64,000 bases of DNA, taken from positions 59,148,001 to 59,212,000 of the forward strand of contig NC_043008.1 of NCBI RefSeq assembly GCF_006345805.1. The letters are read 5' to 3'. Position numbers and translations under genes: made by a program. Positions 60,265 through 64,000 of this stretch are shown here, piece after piece (the first letter of the stretch is position 1; each line of letters begins with the position of its first letter). The DNA is from Octopus sinensis. Its lineage: Eukaryota. Under the pieces are notes generated by a model, which saw nothing but the letters and a program-made list of their open reading frames with translations, made no database searches and was not told where the DNA came from.

Positions 60265-61496
60265 ATTGACCCACTTCCCATAGAAGTAGAGCAACGTAAC
60301 TTGACACAGTTATTAGTCTTTTTCTACATAGGAACCACCCAGAGTTACGCATTTCTCCAATCGTTTGATGCAGCTCTGGAGACCGTTTTTGTAGAAGACC
60401 CCCAGCTTGGTCCTCCAACCACGACGTGACTTCAGAAATCAAGGCTGCATCATCTGGGAAACGCTTTCCTTTCAAAAACAACTTCATGCCTAGGAAGAGA
60501 TGAAAATCAGAGGGTGCAAGGTCGGGAGAGATGGGGGATGAGTTCATAGCCGCATGCCTGTGCTTCTGATCTGGCCACACGCGAGTTGTGGACCGGAGCG
60601 TTGTCCTGCAGGAAGAGGGTGCCTTTGCTGATCTTGCCCCGCCTTGATTTTGATAGCTTCTCTTAATTTCTTCAAAAATGAAGCATAATAGGCTCCTGTA
60701 ATTGTGGTACATCACTACTCCGTCCTGGTCCCAGAAGACGGTGAGCATGACCTTGCCAGCGGAGGGCTGCACTCTTGCCTTCCTTGGAGGAGGTGAGTCA
60801 CGGTGCTTCCACTGCATTGACTGGGCTTTGGTCTCTGGATCATAGTGATGGACCCAGGTTTCATCCTGTGTAATCAGTCTTTTGAAAAATTTTGACTCAT
60901 CTTCTTGGCACATCTCCAAATTCATCCTCGAGCACTCGACGCGTTCTTGCTTCTGGAAAGGTGTGAGCAACCTGGGAATCCATCTGGCAGACACCTTTTG
61001 CATATGCAAATGGTCATGAATGATAGTTTCCACAGACCCGGTACTAATCTTGACCTCATGTGCTATTTGGCGAATAGTTATGCGTCGAACTTCAAAAATG
61101 GCAGCCTCAACTTGACGGACAGATGCTTCATCAATGGCAGAAGGGGGGGCGACCAAATCTGGGAGCTGTTTCCACAGAGTTCCGACCATGTTTGAATTCA
61201 CAATGCCAGCGTTTCACAAGGTCATATGATGGGGCATCATCACCATAAGTTACTTTCATTTCATCAAAAGTCTCCCGTGGTGTGCGTCCTTTCAAATACA
61301 AAAACCGGATCACTGCTCGACACTCAACATGCTCCATTTCACACTTGAGTCAGTTCAAACATCTGTAAATCAGAAACCACAATTAGGTCAGAGCTGTAAT
61401 TTTCCACTTAATCTATAGAGATATAAATAATTGAACATGCAAATCAAACAACTGCAAGTGGGTCAGAGGCATTACTTATTGAAGGTCCCTCGTGTA
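60265..61496 (-). mobile_element. Mariner (DD34D) transposon, near full length, frameshifted transposase (about 60313-61337)
   Basis: MEHVECRAVIRFLYLKG...WHCEFKHGR, KVSARWIPRLL, ITQDETWVHHYDPETK, LQDNAPVH and SPDLAPSDFHLF motifs; TIR AAGTGGGTCAGAGGCATTACTTATTGAAGGTCCCTCGTG+TA at the right end; partial TGACCCACTT at the left end. Confidence 0.95.
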
Positions 61497-61521
61497 TATA
61501 TATATATATATATATATATAT

Positions 61522-61557
<36 letters not shown>

Positions 61558-61622
61558 AATGCTGCATGCATACATACATACATACATTGTATGTATCATT
61601 TTATATGTGTGTATGCCATATA

Positions 61623-61685
<63 letters not shown>

Positions 61686-62079
61686 TATTATATATAAAAC
61701 ATGAGGGAAAGAGTAAGGAAATGGAATGGAATTCACGAAACTATTATTCATACTCTGCAAACAAACGTATGAAAATATGTACAAATAAAATTCTCTTCGG
61801 ATTATATGGATAAGAACTGTAATCGTTTCATTAATTAACCATAGATAATCTCTGCCCTAACCGTAGACAACACACTGCCGTTGGTGTATGCGTGTACGTA
61901 TGCATGTAATATCGGTATATATGCAGGTAAGTAAGGTGGGAAATGGGAGATATAAGGGTACGTAAGTTAGTGTGTATGTTCTCTTTCTCTTTAGTCCGGC
62001 CACCTATTTGGTAGCTAAGGTCTAAAGAAAGACATCTTGTTTTAACCATCATCCTTTAAATCTTAAGAAGATTTTACAG

Positions 62080-62880
62080 ATATTTATAGACATCGTGATC
62101 ATTTGCAGATGCCTATTTGGTTGTGAATGCTATCGGACCCAGTTGGCTCCTTATTACTTCTAAGGAACAAAATGGTGTACCAAGCTTTGTCTGGGCGTTC
62201 AATAGCGATCACCAGTGGTTGGGGGGACTTTGGCTAACTATAAAGCCTTGATAATCCACCCATGTAGTTTACTATCAACAGCCCTTAAGTTGTCCAACCG
62301 CAACACGGTTAAGTTCCCGTGATTGCTTTAGAGTTTTTCCTGGAACATTTTGTTAATTAATGCATCGGTTTACATCCCTACACATCCTTCTTTCCTCTAG
62401 CTTGCTCAGGTCTTATAATGTTGGTGGTACAATGATCATGCAAGAACAGACGATTCAAGCAGCCAAGATATGAATTGTACATGATGTTCTGGCAGGCTAC
62501 AGGGCTGTAATTTTTAGCAAGGGCGGTTGGCTATTTTGGAGAATTGTAGTTCATAACTATTGGGGCATTTCTAGCGTGCCCTTGATACTTTCTCCATACA
62601 ACTGTTTGAGATCTCACTGATAGAACGTAAAATTCTTCAGCCAGTAATCTGTTATGAGGCTGGACCTGGGAGATATCCTGTTAGAACATTTCCTGAAGGA
62701 CTATTTCCAATAGTTGCCCTCCTTTGCTGGATATGCTGGTAGTAGTATTGCTTCAGTTCTTTTGGCCATACAAATTGTTTATTGGATTCCTCATTTGTTT
62801 TTCATATAGATCTCCAGTAGCTCTCAACCCCATCTTTTGGTTGGGGAGTCTTTTACAGAGATTAAGACTTTCGAATTCAA
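62080..62880 (-). pseudogene. Decayed reverse transcriptase of an R4/NeSL-like (REL clade) non-LTR retrotransposon
   Basis: SPGP.LITDYWLK, KNYSPVACQNIMYNSY, PEQARGKK.V.GC and LDNLRAVDSKLHGWIIKA match the RT domain 0-4 pattern; many stops. Confidence 0.8.
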
Positions 62881-62925
62881 GCTGCGATAAACCGGCTTCT
62901 CATTCCTAGCAAATAATTTATTGAG

Positions 62926-63300
62926 CACTAGCAGTATCGCCCGGAGTTGCTCGGGTTTGTTTCGACCCTTTAGAATTGGAAATTTTGAAAAGAAAATTGT
63001 TATTCTCTTTAAGTGAACATTTTTCTGGTTGAAATACACCGAAAAATGGCGATACAGCAGTCAGAAAATCGTAAAACATGGATTTTCATAGAATAAAAGA
63101 ACTTATTCGATGTAAATAATTTCTGGTGTTAACATGGTCCGATTTGAATTTGTTCTTCTACGGAAGGAACTGCAAGCCTTCTTCTATCATACTCTCAATT
63201 TTGGTCAACTTGCGCCGCAGGGTCTCGGAGGAGATAGTGTTAGTTAAAGGCTACCAAATCTGCCATGCACAGACAACTTCAGCTTTATATAGAGAGAGAT
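62926..63300 (+). mobile_element. Non-autonomous Helitron-like element
   Basis: Ends shared with 35552-35938. Confidence 0.65.
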
Positions 63301-63444
63301 TTGCCGTTTATATGTTTTAAATATTATAGTTTAGCGTTTACTCTGCAGCTGTGAGTTGTTGTTTCAGCTGGTTTGGAGTTTAGTGTCTTTTTTTTTAATC
63401 TTGTATCACGAAATCGCCTCCCTACTTCTTTTTCGAAGGAATAC

Positions 63445-64000
63445 AGTATGTATGTATGCATGTATGTATGCATGTATGTATGTATGTATGTATTATGTAT
63501 GTATGTATGTATGTATGTATGTATGTATGCATGTATGTATGTATGTATGTATGTATGTATGTATGCATGTATGTATGCATGTATATATGCATGTATGTAT
63601 GTATGTATGTATGCATGCATGCATGCATGCATGCATGTATGTATGTATGCATGCATGCATGTATGTATGTATGTATGTATGCATGCATGCATGCATGTAT
63701 GCATGTATGTATGTATGTATGCATGTATGTATGTATGTATGTATGTATGCATGCATGTATGTATGTATGTATGTAGGTATGTATGTATGTATGTATGCAT
63801 GTATGTATGTATGTATGTATGTATGTATGTATGTATGTATGTATGTATGCTGCATGTCATGTATGTATGCATGTATGTATGTATGTTGTATGTATGCATG
63901 TATGTATGTATGTATGTATGTATGTATGCATGATGTATGTATGTATGTATGTATGTATGCATGCATGTATGTATGTATGTATGAATGTATGTATGTGTGT
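63445..64000. repeat. Long (TATG)n/(CATG)n array
   Basis: Direct reading; runs off the window end. Confidence 0.97.

Overview
AT-rich, repeat-dominated eukaryotic DNA with no recognisable host gene. The SINE families and microsatellite load fit an octopod (Octopus-like) genome; this rests on recalled repeat sequences, not a search. Almost all ORFs in the supplied track are translations of (TA)n, (CATA)n, (GATA)n or (CA)n tracts. Supported content: many tRNA-derived SINEs; decayed LINEs (CR1/L2-like, RTE, R4/NeSL-like, Tx1/L1-like); a Penelope RT/GIY-YIG pseudogene; mariner, maT-like and Chapaev3-like transposase remnants; a TTAA MITE; Helitron-like non-autonomous elements; a 2.5 kb palindrome; and a 100-N gap. 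The most notable signal is a dense population of type I hammerhead ribozyme (HHR) motifs, folded by eye. They are concentrated at 20.35-25.4 kb in three different ~500 bp non-coding repeat units (retrozyme-like or non-autonomous Penelope-type elements). HHR motifs also occur in a tRNA-headed SINE-like element and as scattered minimal or variant copies. Activity and expression are untested.
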